This document shows, piece by piece, positions 1-9,146 of a DNA stretch of 64,000 nt. Position numbers and translations under genes: made by a program. The stretch spans positions 3,136,001-3,200,000 of the forward strand of contig CBDFIJ010000004.1 in assembly GCA_965248055.1 (NCBI GenBank), read 5' to 3'. Position 1 is the stretch's first letter; each line of letters opens with the position of its first letter. Source of the DNA: Candidatus Multivoradales bacterium. GTDB taxonomy: Bacteria; Acidobacteriota; Thermoanaerobaculia; Multivoradales; JAHEKO01. The notes beneath the pieces are model-generated. The model saw only the letters and a program-made list of their open reading frames with translations. It had not been told where the DNA came from and did not search any database.

Positions 1-719
1 GGGAGATCGAGGGTTACCCTGGTGGTGGGTTCGATCGCCAAGTTGCCCCAGGCGTCGACCGATGCCACGCGTAAGGGAACTCGATCACCTGCTTGTGCCG
101 TGGCTGGCAAGTGCACGAGCCAAGCAGCCGCCGAGCCCGCTTCAACCACTGCAAAGGGTCGACCGGCGACCCACGAGCGCACTCCGTCGCCGTCTCCATC
201 CACGCCGATCCAAAAGCGCGACTCGCGATCTCGATAGCGGTCGCTCCGTGCGCCGATTTCGCCTCCGTAGTCGATGCGCACTCGATCCCCTGGTTGCAAA
301 GCTTCCTGCACCACGATTTTCAGCAGTTGTTGGTCGACCGTGCGCGGCTCGACTCGGCGAGTCGGGGTTGTGCTCACTTGGGTGTAGCCGAGGCGGTTGG
401 GGGTACTGGTCTGCGGCGTGCTCCAACCCCAAAACGGCGATACCTGGAAAAAGATCGAGCCGCCGACTTGAATCCCCAGCTCACCGGCTTCATAGATCAA
501 CGTCCAGGAAGCTGGCCGACCGGCGAGCGCCGGTTTTGGATCGACCAACCAAGCTTTGCCACCGCCGTCGGCGGGATGGCGCTCGGCGTCGCGAAACTCG
601 CGCAACGCCACAGCAATCTCTGGCCGCGCTCCGGGTGGGAACGCGGCAGTGGGTTCTCCGCAAGAGACCACAGCGATCACAAGAGACAGCAGCGCGACGC
701 GAGGGGAGCCGAAGCGCAA
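1..719 (-). CDS. Lipoprotein, probable DUF3604/CehA-McbA-like metallohydrolase N-terminus (partial, runs off window)
   Basis: Not in ORF track. Manual translation from TTG at 719 gives MRFGSPRVALLSLVIAVVSCGEPT...WTLIYEAGELGIQVGGSIFFQVSPFWGWSTPQ, with a lipobox-like VVSC. It starts 1 nt after the stop of the upstream minus-strand gene. Confidence 0.6.
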   Translation of the reverse strand, partial: MRFGSPRVALLSLVIAVVSCGEPTAAFPPGARPEIAVALREFRDAERHPADGGGKAWLVDPKPALAGRPASWTLIYEAGELGIQVGGSIFFQVSPFWGWSTPQTSTPNRLGYTQVSTTPTRRVEPRTVDQQLLKIVVQEALQPGDRVRIDYGGEIGARSDRYRDRESRFWIGVDGDGDGVRSWVAGRPFAVVEAGSAAAWLVHLPATAQAGDRVPLRVASVDAWGNLAIEPTTRVTLDL

Positions 720-720
720 T

Positions 721-2211
721 CTATTGTCGGACTGCTGCCTGGGCGTAGCCGAAGACTTCCGCCGCCGGCTTGTGGCCCAGGTGATCGTCAAGAATGGCGA
801 ATTGCTCAAGAGTGACCTGTGATGGGTGGTCGAAGCCGCAGGCGCGCGCCAGTTGTTGCAGCTCTTTGCGCAAGCTGATGACGTAATTGGCCAATCGGGC
901 CGCTTTGTCGGTGGGGTCGAGGCCGCGCATTAACCATTTGTTTTGGCTGGCAACCCCAGTCGGGCAGTGCCCTGTGTGGCAGCGTTGGGCTTGAATACAA
1001 CCTACTGCGAGCATGGCTTCACGCGCCACCGCGATCAGGTCGCAGCCCATCGCCATTGCCAGTAACCCTCGTTGCGGAAAGCCGAGCTTGCCAGCGCCAA
1101 TGAATACGATGTCGTCGCTCAAGCCGTGGCTGTCGAACAAGGTTCTTACTGCGGCGAACCCCTGTAAGAAGGGTAGTGAGACATGGTCACTGAATACCAA
1201 CGGAGCCGCCCCGGTGCCACCTTCGCCGCCGTCAATGGTGATGAAGTCAAGCTTGCGGTCGCTGCCTACCAGCAAGCCTGTCAGCTGGTGCCAGAAATCC
1301 ATGTCGCCCACTGCGGATTTGATTCCCACCGGTAGTCCACTGTCAGTGGCCAGAGACTCGGCGAAATCGAGCAGCGAGTCGGCATCGCTGAACTCGGTAT
1401 GGTGCGCGGGACTCAGGCAAGCCTCGCCGACCGGGATGCCGCGGATCTCGGCGATCTCAGGGGTCACTTTTTCGGCGGGTAATACACCCCCGAGCCCAGG
1501 CTTGGCTCCTTGAGACAGCTTGATCTCGAGCGCTCGCACCGGACCCTTTTGGATGGTTTCTAAAAAACGCTCGCGACTGAAGCCGCCATCATCGGCGCGG
1601 CAGCCGAAGTAACCGGTACCGATCTGCCACATCAGATCACCGCCATGTAAGTGATGTGGAGCAACCCCGCCCTCTCCGGTGTTTTGCATGCATCCAGCGA
1701 TCGCTGCGCCCCGGTTGATCGCTTCGACCGCCGGCCCACTGAGTGAGCCAAAGCTCATCGCCGAAGTGTTTACCACCGAAGCGGGTCGGAACGCCTGGCG
1801 TCGGCCGCTGGGTCCACCCAGAATCTTGCTGCAACCGACCGGATAGCTCGGGTCGTAGTCCGGGTCTCCAGGATGAGGTGCCGACTTGGGAAAAGTCGAC
1901 TGGCGGATGATCAGGTAGTTGGGCGACCGGGCCAGGTCGTTATCGGTACCAAAGCCAAAGTAGTTGTTGACCCGCTTGGCCGAGGTATAAACCCAGCTTC
2001 GTTGATCGCGGGAAAAGGGGCGCTCTTCGTCGTTGGAGGTGACAATGTACTGGCGTAGCTCCGGCCCGATTGCCTCCAACCAGTATCGGAAGTGTCCGAT
2101 CACTGGAAAGTTGCGCAGGATGGCATGGCGGCGCTGCAATAGGTCGTAGACCACCACCAGCAGAACGAGCAACAAGAGTACGGCGAAGAGAGTGAATAGG
2201 GTTGTCATCAC
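721..2211 (-). CDS. FMN-binding glutamate synthase family protein
   Basis: Motifs SAMSFGSLS, NTGEGG, EIKLSQGAKPG, DGGEGGTGAAP, GCIQAQRCHTGHCPTGVA; N-terminal TM helix. Confidence 0.92.
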   Translation of the reverse strand: MMTTLFTLFAVLLLLVLLVVVYDLLQRRHAILRNFPVIGHFRYWLEAIGPELRQYIVTSNDEERPFSRDQRSWVYTSAKRVNNYFGFGTDNDLARSPNYLIIRQSTFPKSAPHPGDPDYDPSYPVGCSKILGGPSGRRQAFRPASVVNTSAMSFGSLSGPAVEAINRGAAIAGCMQNTGEGGVAPHHLHGGDLMWQIGTGYFGCRADDGGFSRERFLETIQKGPVRALEIKLSQGAKPGLGGVLPAEKVTPEIAEIRGIPVGEACLSPAHHTEFSDADSLLDFAESLATDSGLPVGIKSAVGDMDFWHQLTGLLVGSDRKLDFITIDGGEGGTGAAPLVFSDHVSLPFLQGFAAVRTLFDSHGLSDDIVFIGAGKLGFPQRGLLAMAMGCDLIAVAREAMLAVGCIQAQRCHTGHCPTGVASQNKWLMRGLDPTDKAARLANYVISLRKELQQLARACGFDHPSQVTLEQFAILDDHLGHKPAAEVFGYAQAAVRQ

Positions 2212-2379
2212 GGTGCTTCCAGAGTCTGACTCTACCGGTATTGCTTGGGCTGCGTCATCAGGCGCAACTCTTTGTTGCCAGTTACCGTAGAATAGTTACC
2301 GAGTGTTGCAAGTGCCTGCATGACGGGCAGTGCGATCACTGTAAAGCTGTACCAACAACTACATAAATGAGGAGTCAAG

Positions 2380-3915
2380 ATGGCTAGATTGAATTGGAGA
2401 GGGCTTGTGCTGATCATTCCATTGATCGCACTGCTTGCGGTTCCAGCAATGGCGCAGGATCTGGCGTCGTTCGAGGAGCGAACCAGCACCCACGTATTGG
2501 ACAATGGTTGGACTTTTGTGATCGTCAATCGTCCGGTGGCACCGGTATTTTCCTACGCCACCTTTGCCGATGTCGGGGGCGCCCAGGAAGTTCCTGGTAT
2601 CACCGGGTTGGCTCACATGTTCGAGCACATGGCCTTCAAAGGCACGCCCAACATTGGTACTACCGACTATGAGGCCGAGAAGGTCGCGCTGGCGGAGCTG
2701 GAAGACGCGTATCAGGCCTATCAACGGGCCCGGTCGGCTATGAACCCAGACCAAGAGCAGGTCGACCAACTGTTGGCGGCGTTTGAAGAGAAGCAGCAAG
2801 CGGCCTCCGAGTTCGTGGTCGCCAACGAATTCGGGGAAGTCTTTTCTCGCGAGGGAGGCACGGGTCTCAACGCGTTCACCAATTCCGACGCTACGGGCTA
2901 CTTCTTCTCTCTGCCCGCCAATCGATTTGAACTGTTTGCCTTCCTGGAGTCCGAGCGTTTTCTGCATCCGGTATTTCGCGAGTTCTACAAAGAGCGGGAT
3001 GTGGTGCAAGAGGAGCGCAGGCTGAGAACTGAGAGCAACCCGATCGGGCGCATGATTGAGCAATTTCTCGCCACCGCCTATGTTGCCCACCCCTACAAGC
3101 AGCCAGTGGTTGGTTATATGAGCGATTTACAGGCGTTCACCGCTACCGACGCTCAGGAATTTTTTGAAAAACACTATGGCCCTTCTAACTTGACCACCGT
3201 GATCGTCGGCGACGTAACCGCCGAACAAGTGATGCCGACCATTGAATCTTACTTTGGCCGCATCGCAGCGCGTCCCAAGCCGGAGGCGTTGCGCACCATT
3301 GAACCGGAGCAAATTGCAGAAAAGACGGTGGTACTCGAAGATCCGTCGCAACCGGTTTATGTTGAGGGCTACCACAAGCCTGCAGCGACCGGCCCAGACC
3401 AACCGGTGTGGGATGCCATCGACGACATTCTCTCTGGTGGCCGCGCTTCGCGCCTCTACCGTTCGTTGGTGGAGGACAAGAAGATCGCCGCCCAGACTGG
3501 ATCCTTTGCCTCCTTCCCAGGCAGCAAATATCCCACCATGTGGATTGCCTTTGCCTTTCCCTCCAAGGATGCCAGCAACCAAGAAGTCCAGGCTGCGATT
3601 CATGATGAGATTGAACAGCTCAAGACCGAGCTGGTCAGCGACCAGGAATTGGAGCGATTCAAGACCAAGGCCCGCGCTGGACTGATTCGCGGGCTGCGCG
3701 ACAACCAAGGTATGGCTTTTCAGTTGGTCCAGTTTCAAACCTGGTACGGCGATTGGCGCGAAGCCTTTCGCTACATTGACCGTATCGATGCAGTGACTGC
3801 TGAGGACATTCAACGAGTGATCAAAGAGACTTTGATCCCCAGCAATCGAACGATTGGCATGATTAAAACCGCTGAGACAGAAGAAGACGAAGCGGAACTT
3901 GAGGAGGGTGCCTAA
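2380..3915 (+). CDS. M16 family zinc peptidase, catalytic subunit (secreted)
   Basis: GLAHMFEHMAFKG (HxxEH), NAFT, VVQEERR; signal peptide; RBS GAGGAG. Confidence 0.92.
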   Translation: MARLNWRGLVLIIPLIALLAVPAMAQDLASFEERTSTHVLDNGWTFVIVNRPVAPVFSYATFADVGGAQEVPGITGLAHMFEHMAFKGTPNIGTTDYEAEKVALAELEDAYQAYQRARSAMNPDQEQVDQLLAAFEEKQQAASEFVVANEFGEVFSREGGTGLNAFTNSDATGYFFSLPANRFELFAFLESERFLHPVFREFYKERDVVQEERRLRTESNPIGRMIEQFLATAYVAHPYKQPVVGYMSDLQAFTATDAQEFFEKHYGPSNLTTVIVGDVTAEQVMPTIESYFGRIAARPKPEALRTIEPEQIAEKTVVLEDPSQPVYVEGYHKPAATGPDQPVWDAIDDILSGGRASRLYRSLVEDKKIAAQTGSFASFPGSKYPTMWIAFAFPSKDASNQEVQAAIHDEIEQLKTELVSDQELERFKTKARAGLIRGLRDNQGMAFQLVQFQTWYGDWREAFRYIDRIDAVTAEDIQRVIKETLIPSNRTIGMIKTAETEEDEAELEEGA

Positions 3916-3916
3916 A

Positions 3917-6073
3917 ATGGTACGCAAACAATGGGTTTTTGTTCTCGCGATCTTGGCGATCGCGATTCCGGCTGCGGCGCAGGTTTCTTCAGTCGATGAA
4001 ATCGAGTATCCGGCGCTGAGGGCGTTTGCCCCGCCGACGCCGGAACGGGTGGAGTTGGACAACGGGTTGGTGCTTCTTCTACTGGAAGATCACGAGATGC
4101 CGATTGTCGATGTGATTGCTCGGGTTCGAGTTGGTGCGCGCTCCGAGTCGACCGACCGCGCTGGATTGACCGGCATCTTGGCCGAAACCATGCGTACCGG
4201 TGGCACTACTTCAATGACCGGAAGTGAGCTGGACGAATACCTGGATAGCAAGGCCGCCACCATTGAGGCCAACATCGGCGTCGCAGCGGGAAATCTGACC
4301 GCCAGCTTCCTCTCCGAGGACGCCGCTGAGTTGTTGCCCGTGGTTGCCGATGTCTTGCGCAATCCAATTTTTGAACAGGACAAGATCGAGGTCGCCAAGA
4401 CCCAGGTCAACGCTGGCATTGCGCGTCAAAACGACAATCCGCAGGGGATCCTGTTCCGTGAATTCGCTGAGTTGGTTTATGGCGATGACTCGGCCTATTC
4501 GACCGCAGCGAGCTACGACTCGGTGGCAGCCATTAGCCGGGAAGACCTGGTTGTGGCGCATCAGGCCCATTTCGCTCCAGGACAGTTGCTGTTGGGTGTG
4601 GTCGGAGATTTCGATCGCGACAGTATGGTCGCCCTAATCCAGGATGCTTTTGGCGACTGGCAATCCGATACCGCGACAGAAGTGGCCGAGGCGGCAGTCG
4701 GCGATGGCGCTGCTCCTGGTGTCTACTTTGTCGCCAAAGAAGATATGACTCAGTCCAACATTGCCATCGGCCATATGGGGGTCACCCGAGAAAGCCCTGA
4801 CTACTACCCGATTCAGGTGTTTAATCATGTCCTCTCTGGTGGCTTCAAGTCGCGGTTGTTTTCTAACGTGCGTACCAAAAAAGGCTTGGCTTATTCAGTG
4901 CGCGGATCGATCGGCAGCAACTGGGACTATCCGGGGTTATTCCAGATGTGGATGACCACCAAGACCGAAACCACCGGTGCCGGAATTGACGCACTGCTGG
5001 AAGAAGTCGAGCGCTTGGCGAGTGATCCGATCACCGATGAAGAGATTGAATTGGCTAAGTCGGCAATTTTGAACTCGTTTGTCTTCAACTCGGATTCGAC
5101 CGCCAAGATTCTGGGTCAGCAGATGACCTACGAGTACTTTGGTTTCCCCAGTGACTACCTGGCGCAATACCAAGCCGGAATCGAAGGGGTTACCCGCGAG
5201 CAGGTGGTCGAAGTCTCTGAGACCTACATCCATCCCGACGAGTTCGTGTACTTGGTGGTCGGCCCGTCCGAGGGTACTGACAAGCCTTTGTCTGAGTATG
5301 GCGAGGTGTTCGAGCGCGACATCACCATTGCTGAGTTGACCCAAGAGCGGGCTGAGGTCAGCGAAGAGGCGATGGCCGCCGGTGTGGCGATTCTCAGCAG
5401 TGCCCTAGAAGGCATGGGCGGTTCTGATGCCGTGCTCGCGGTGCAATCGCGTTATTTCAAAGCCAGCGGTGAGATTACGGTTCCCCAGGGTACATTTCCC
5501 ATCGGCAACGAGTCTTGGGCGATCTTCCCAGATCAGACGAGCCAAACGGTCACCCTACCGTTTGGTGTGCAGAAGATGATTGTCACCGCTGACGCTGCGG
5601 TTGCTGTAACTCCCGTCGGAGTGCAGGAACTGGGTGAGGAAGGCCGTGCGGACATTCTCAAAGCCCTACGTCGTGACACTTTGATGGTGCTTGCTGCGAT
5701 TGCTCGCGGAGAACTCGGTGGCGTAGCCTCCGGTTCTTTGGAGGTCGACGGCGCGACTCTACAACTGGTCGAAATCGACTTGGATGGTGAGCTCTTGGAG
5801 TGGGGCGTCAACGACGCTGGGCAAGTGGTACGGGCCAGATACCGAGGCGACTTTCAAGGCGCTCCAGGTGAGATCATTCAGACCTTTTCGGACTTCCGCG
5901 AAGTCTCCAGTTTGTCCCTGCCGTTTGTGCTGGCGCAAACCTTTGAAGGACAGCCGTTCTTGACCGGGACTGTCGAGACCTTGGAGATCAACCCAGAGAT
6001 TCCTGAGTCGGCGTTTGCGGTTCCACAGGCCGCCGCTGAGGAGGCTGAAGCGGAGGACGAGGCAGCCGAGTAG
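3917..6073 (+). CDS. M16 family peptidase, non-catalytic partner subunit with C-terminal extension
   Basis: M16 fold motifs (LDNGL, SRLFSNVRTKKGLAYSV) but no HxxEH; ATG 1 nt after upstream stop with GGAGG RBS; extra ~240 aa beta-rich C-terminal domain. Confidence 0.85.
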   Translation: MVRKQWVFVLAILAIAIPAAAQVSSVDEIEYPALRAFAPPTPERVELDNGLVLLLLEDHEMPIVDVIARVRVGARSESTDRAGLTGILAETMRTGGTTSMTGSELDEYLDSKAATIEANIGVAAGNLTASFLSEDAAELLPVVADVLRNPIFEQDKIEVAKTQVNAGIARQNDNPQGILFREFAELVYGDDSAYSTAASYDSVAAISREDLVVAHQAHFAPGQLLLGVVGDFDRDSMVALIQDAFGDWQSDTATEVAEAAVGDGAAPGVYFVAKEDMTQSNIAIGHMGVTRESPDYYPIQVFNHVLSGGFKSRLFSNVRTKKGLAYSVRGSIGSNWDYPGLFQMWMTTKTETTGAGIDALLEEVERLASDPITDEEIELAKSAILNSFVFNSDSTAKILGQQMTYEYFGFPSDYLAQYQAGIEGVTREQVVEVSETYIHPDEFVYLVVGPSEGTDKPLSEYGEVFERDITIAELTQERAEVSEEAMAAGVAILSSALEGMGGSDAVLAVQSRYFKASGEITVPQGTFPIGNESWAIFPDQTSQTVTLPFGVQKMIVTADAAVAVTPVGVQELGEEGRADILKALRRDTLMVLAAIARGELGGVASGSLEVDGATLQLVEIDLDGELLEWGVNDAGQVVRARYRGDFQGAPGEIIQTFSDFREVSSLSLPFVLAQTFEGQPFLTGTVETLEINPEIPESAFAVPQAAAEEAEAEDEAAE

Positions 6074-6111
6074 CTTCGATCCCAACGCTTGGGGGTTTAT
6101 TCCAGGTATTC

Positions 6112-6143
6112 AAAAAGGCCGCCTTCGGGCGGCCTTTTTTTTT
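6112..6143 (+). terminator. Intrinsic terminator, probably bidirectional
   Basis: AAAAAGGCCGCC-TTCG-GGCGGCC followed by a T9 run; A-tract on the other side. Confidence 0.9.
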
Positions 6144-6161
6144 GTCTTCAACCTGTTTGGT

Positions 6162-6207
6162 GCAGATCCCATCTCCCCACCCACACCCCCTCCAGGGATG
6201 ACATTAG
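6162..6207. repeat. REP-like GTCATCC...GGATC family element
   Basis: GCAGATCCC...GGGATGACATTAG; same ends as copies at 8933-9114 and 44110-44303. Confidence 0.6.
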
Positions 6208-6281
6208 TGCTGTCGATCCTTCCCGTATCGTCGTATCGATCTTGATCAGAAGAGGAAAGGCCGGGCTACAAGGCCGGACCC

Positions 6282-6309
6282 GGGGACACAATACTTTGTT
6301 TGTGTCCCC
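6282..6309. repeat. 10-bp inverted repeat (hairpin) downstream of the NSS operon
   Basis: GGGGACACAA-8nt-TTGTGTCCCC. Confidence 0.55.
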
Positions 6310-6333
6310 TCCCGGAGACGGTCCGAAGCTGAA

Positions 6334-6444
6334 TTAGTCAGGATCGCGATGATCCACCCGCCATAGGTAGATCAAACACGCCAGAAATCCACCCCACAAA
6401 ATGCCGCAGATGAGGGCCATGTAAAGAATTTGCCGGAGGGTCAT
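6334..6444 (-). CDS. NSS transporter small subunit (MetS-like), 36 aa
   Basis: Below ORF-track cutoff: MTLRQILYMALICGILWGGFLACLIYLWRVDHRDPD, one TM helix with LWGG motif; ATGA overlap with the NSS gene stop. Confidence 0.8.
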   Translation of the reverse strand: MTLRQILYMALICGILWGGFLACLIYLWRVDHRDPD

Positions 6445-7907
6445 TTTTCTCCCTCTCCGGCTACTGCTAGACGGCTATTGAGTGCTCGAAAGACCAAGAT
6501 CACCAGCAGCCACTGAGCGACGACGGTTCCCAGACTAAAGGTGCGCATCGGGTCCCACCAATGCTGGGGGTCATAGACCCAGGCGGCTTGATAGAACCAC
6601 CAACCGAGCAACACCACGAACTGAAACGGGATCCACCAAAACACCAGCAGTGCAAACCAGCGACCAACACGCCATTTGGGGCCACGATTGATCCAGTTGT
6701 TGAGCAGCCGCTCAGAACCCACGCTACGCGCGGCCAAAGCGAAGAAGAAACCCGAAACCAGCAGCCCCAGACCCCACACCCAGTCTTGATTGAGAAAGAA
6801 TTCTTGCGACAGTGCGCTCGGCAACCCGAGCAAGAAAGTCAGCGCGACGACGATCGCCAAGGCCCGATGGCGACTAACTCCGAAATCGGCGACGTTGCGC
6901 ACCCCCAGTTCCAGCATCGAGATCATCGAACTCACGGCGGCGATCGACAAGGCCAAGAAAAACAGTGGGGCAAAGATCGAGCTACCTCCGGGGATGCGTG
7001 CCAAGACTTCGGGAAAGTAGATGAAGGTCATGCCGGTTGACGCTGGGCCGGATTCCTGTAGCGCAGCGACTGCCTCGGCGTGGGGCAGTACGGCAAACAC
7101 CGTTGGAATGATCGCCATCGCTGCCAACAGCGAGGCCGAGTTATTTCCCAACCCGGTAATCAAGGATGAAAAAACCAGATTCTGTTTTTCCTTCATGTAT
7201 ACCGCGTAGGTCAACAGCAATCCCCAGCCTGCCCCGGTAGACCAGGCTGACTGGGATAGGGCTTCGAGCCAGATCTTGTAGCCGCCCAATCGTGCCGGCT
7301 CGAAGGAAAACATGAAACTCAAGCCTTGAGAGGCCCCCGGAAGAGTGACGGCACGGATGGCTGACGCGATCAGGATTACGAACAGAGCTGGGATCAAGAC
7401 GCGGTTCACTTTCTCGATTCCCGAGGTGACGCCTCGCCACACCACCCAGGCACAGATTGCCAGGGCGAGAGCGAAAAAGGCCACCTGGATACCTCCGCTG
7501 GCAGCCAAGTGGTCCCAGGTTTGGCGCGCCGAACGATCGTCGAGTTTGCCGCTCACCGCGAGCACGAAATAGTAAGCGCACCAGCCGGCTACCACGCAGT
7601 AATAGAAAGAGATCGCCATGGTGCAAAAGCCGACAAAGGCGCCGCGCCATGCGGTGTGTTTGCCGGTCAATAGCGCGAAGGACCCGACGGTGCCGCGCCG
7701 CGAGCGCTTCCCCATTGAGGACTCAATAATCAGTAGCGGAATCGACCAAGAGAAAAGGAAAAACACCCAAGGCAGCAGAAAAGTGCCGCCGCCATTGGAG
7801 GCCAAGATACGCGGAAAACGCCAAACATTGCCGGTGCCGATCGCCATTCCCAGGGCCGCCAAGATTAGACCCCAGCGAGATGAGAATCGTTCCGTTACTC
7901 TGCTCAT
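6441..7907 (-). CDS. Sodium-dependent transporter, NSS (SNF) family
   Basis: ERFSSRWGLILAALGMAIGTGNVWRFP signature; about 12 TM helices. Confidence 0.93.
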   Translation of the reverse strand: MSRVTERFSSRWGLILAALGMAIGTGNVWRFPRILASNGGGTFLLPWVFFLFSWSIPLLIIESSMGKRSRRGTVGSFALLTGKHTAWRGAFVGFCTMAISFYYCVVAGWCAYYFVLAVSGKLDDRSARQTWDHLAASGGIQVAFFALALAICAWVVWRGVTSGIEKVNRVLIPALFVILIASAIRAVTLPGASQGLSFMFSFEPARLGGYKIWLEALSQSAWSTGAGWGLLLTYAVYMKEKQNLVFSSLITGLGNNSASLLAAMAIIPTVFAVLPHAEAVAALQESGPASTGMTFIYFPEVLARIPGGSSIFAPLFFLALSIAAVSSMISMLELGVRNVADFGVSRHRALAIVVALTFLLGLPSALSQEFFLNQDWVWGLGLLVSGFFFALAARSVGSERLLNNWINRGPKWRVGRWFALLVFWWIPFQFVVLLGWWFYQAAWVYDPQHWWDPMRTFSLGTVVAQWLLVILVFRALNSRLAVAGEGEK

Positions 7908-8051
7908 ACTCCGGGCGGAAATGTAGCACAGCGACCGGTGGGTTCTCGGTATTTACGGCAGTGCCGGTTGGTTATGCTCAGGGTGGTCAACCGGTGTGTG
8001 ATTTTGTGAACATCCGGAGACTGTAAAATATCTACTTGTGAGGTCTTCGCC

Positions 8052-8903
8052 ATGTCCCCATGCCGCATCGCCCTAGTCCAGCAGAAAGCGAGCCTGAATC
8101 AGGCGGCCAATCTTGAGAAGGGACTGGAGGCTTTGAGCAAGGCCGCTTCTCAGGGTGCCGATTTGGTGGCCTATTCGGAGCTGGCGTTCGAGCGCTTCTA
8201 TCCTCAATTTCGCGGTGCGGAAACACCCCTGGAGCGAGCGGAGACGATTCCAGGCCCGACGGTCGAGGCATTTCAGCGCAGAGCTGCTGAACTGGGTGTG
8301 GTGGTCATCCTTAACCTGTATGAGCGGGATGGCGATCAGGCCTACGACTGCTCTCCAGTGATTGATGCTGATGGGACTCTGTTGGGGCGTACCCGGATGG
8401 TTCACATTACCGACTACGAGGGATTCCACGAGCAGGATTACTACTCACCGGGAGCTGGCGACCAACTGGTGTTTACAACCACCGTGGGGCGCGTGGGGGT
8501 GGCGATTTGCTACGACCGGCACTTTCCCGAGTCGATGCGTGCCTTGGCTCTCCAGGGTGCTGAGTTGGTGGTGGTGCCACAAGCGGGAACGGTGGGGGAG
8601 TGGCCTGCAGGTCTCTATGAAGCGGAACTCCAGGTGGCGTCATTCCAGAATGGTTATTTTTGTGCCCTGTGCAATCGAGTCGGTGGTGAAGATGCTCTCA
8701 ATTTTGCCGGTGAGTCTTTCGTCACCAATCCATCTGGAGAGGTGGTTGCCCGGGCCGGAAGCGAAACCGAGGAGATCTTGTACGCAGACCTGGACCTTGC
8801 CGAGGTCGAGCGGTCGCATGCCCGACGCTTGTTCTTGCGCGATCGTCGCCCGGAGTTGTATCGCGGTTGGTTTTCCTCGGAGAACGAATCCAGAACTGAT
8901 TGA
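8052..8903 (+). CDS. Carbon-nitrogen hydrolase (nitrilase superfamily; N-carbamoylputrescine amidase/beta-ureidopropionase-like)
   Basis: SELAF, VAICYDRHFPE, CNRVG, FAGESF, RDRRPELY. Confidence 0.9.
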   Translation: MSPCRIALVQQKASLNQAANLEKGLEALSKAASQGADLVAYSELAFERFYPQFRGAETPLERAETIPGPTVEAFQRRAAELGVVVILNLYERDGDQAYDCSPVIDADGTLLGRTRMVHITDYEGFHEQDYYSPGAGDQLVFTTTVGRVGVAICYDRHFPESMRALALQGAELVVVPQAGTVGEWPAGLYEAELQVASFQNGYFCALCNRVGGEDALNFAGESFVTNPSGEVVARAGSETEEILYADLDLAEVERSHARRLFLRDRRPELYRGWFSSENESRTD

Positions 8904-8932
8904 GGCTGTTCGTTTCAACGGTGGGTGTTGCG

Positions 8933-9114
8933 ACAGGTCCCGGCCCCCCGCCCTTCTCCCCGCCGGGATGACATTAGCTGGCAGGGGCGCTTTTCTTCCC
9001 TCCCACCCCACCGCCGGAACGACCTACCAGACCCCGTAGTACGAATGTCATCCCCGCAGGGAGGCAGCACGACGTCATCCCCGTAGGGCGGGGGTTTGGG
9101 GGTCGGGGATCTGC
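8933..9114. repeat. Cluster of REP-like GTCATCCC repeats (inverted pair plus extra unit)
   Basis: GGGATGACATT (8965-8975) is inverted against AATGTCATCCC (9044-9054); a further unit GTCATCCC...GGGATCTGC spans 9074-9114; lies between convergent genes. Confidence 0.65.
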
Positions 9115-9146
9115 CGAGCGTAGGGACAGCGGGGCTTGTCGAATGA

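Noticed and set aside
62-815. Long plus-strand ORFs (228 and 240 aa)
   Set aside because: Antisense shadows of the minus-strand lipoprotein gene starting at 719; Arg-rich, non-protein-like composition
8933-9114. Repeats as a possible CRISPR array
   Set aside because: Units are degenerate, in both orientations and irregularly spaced; no cas genes in the window
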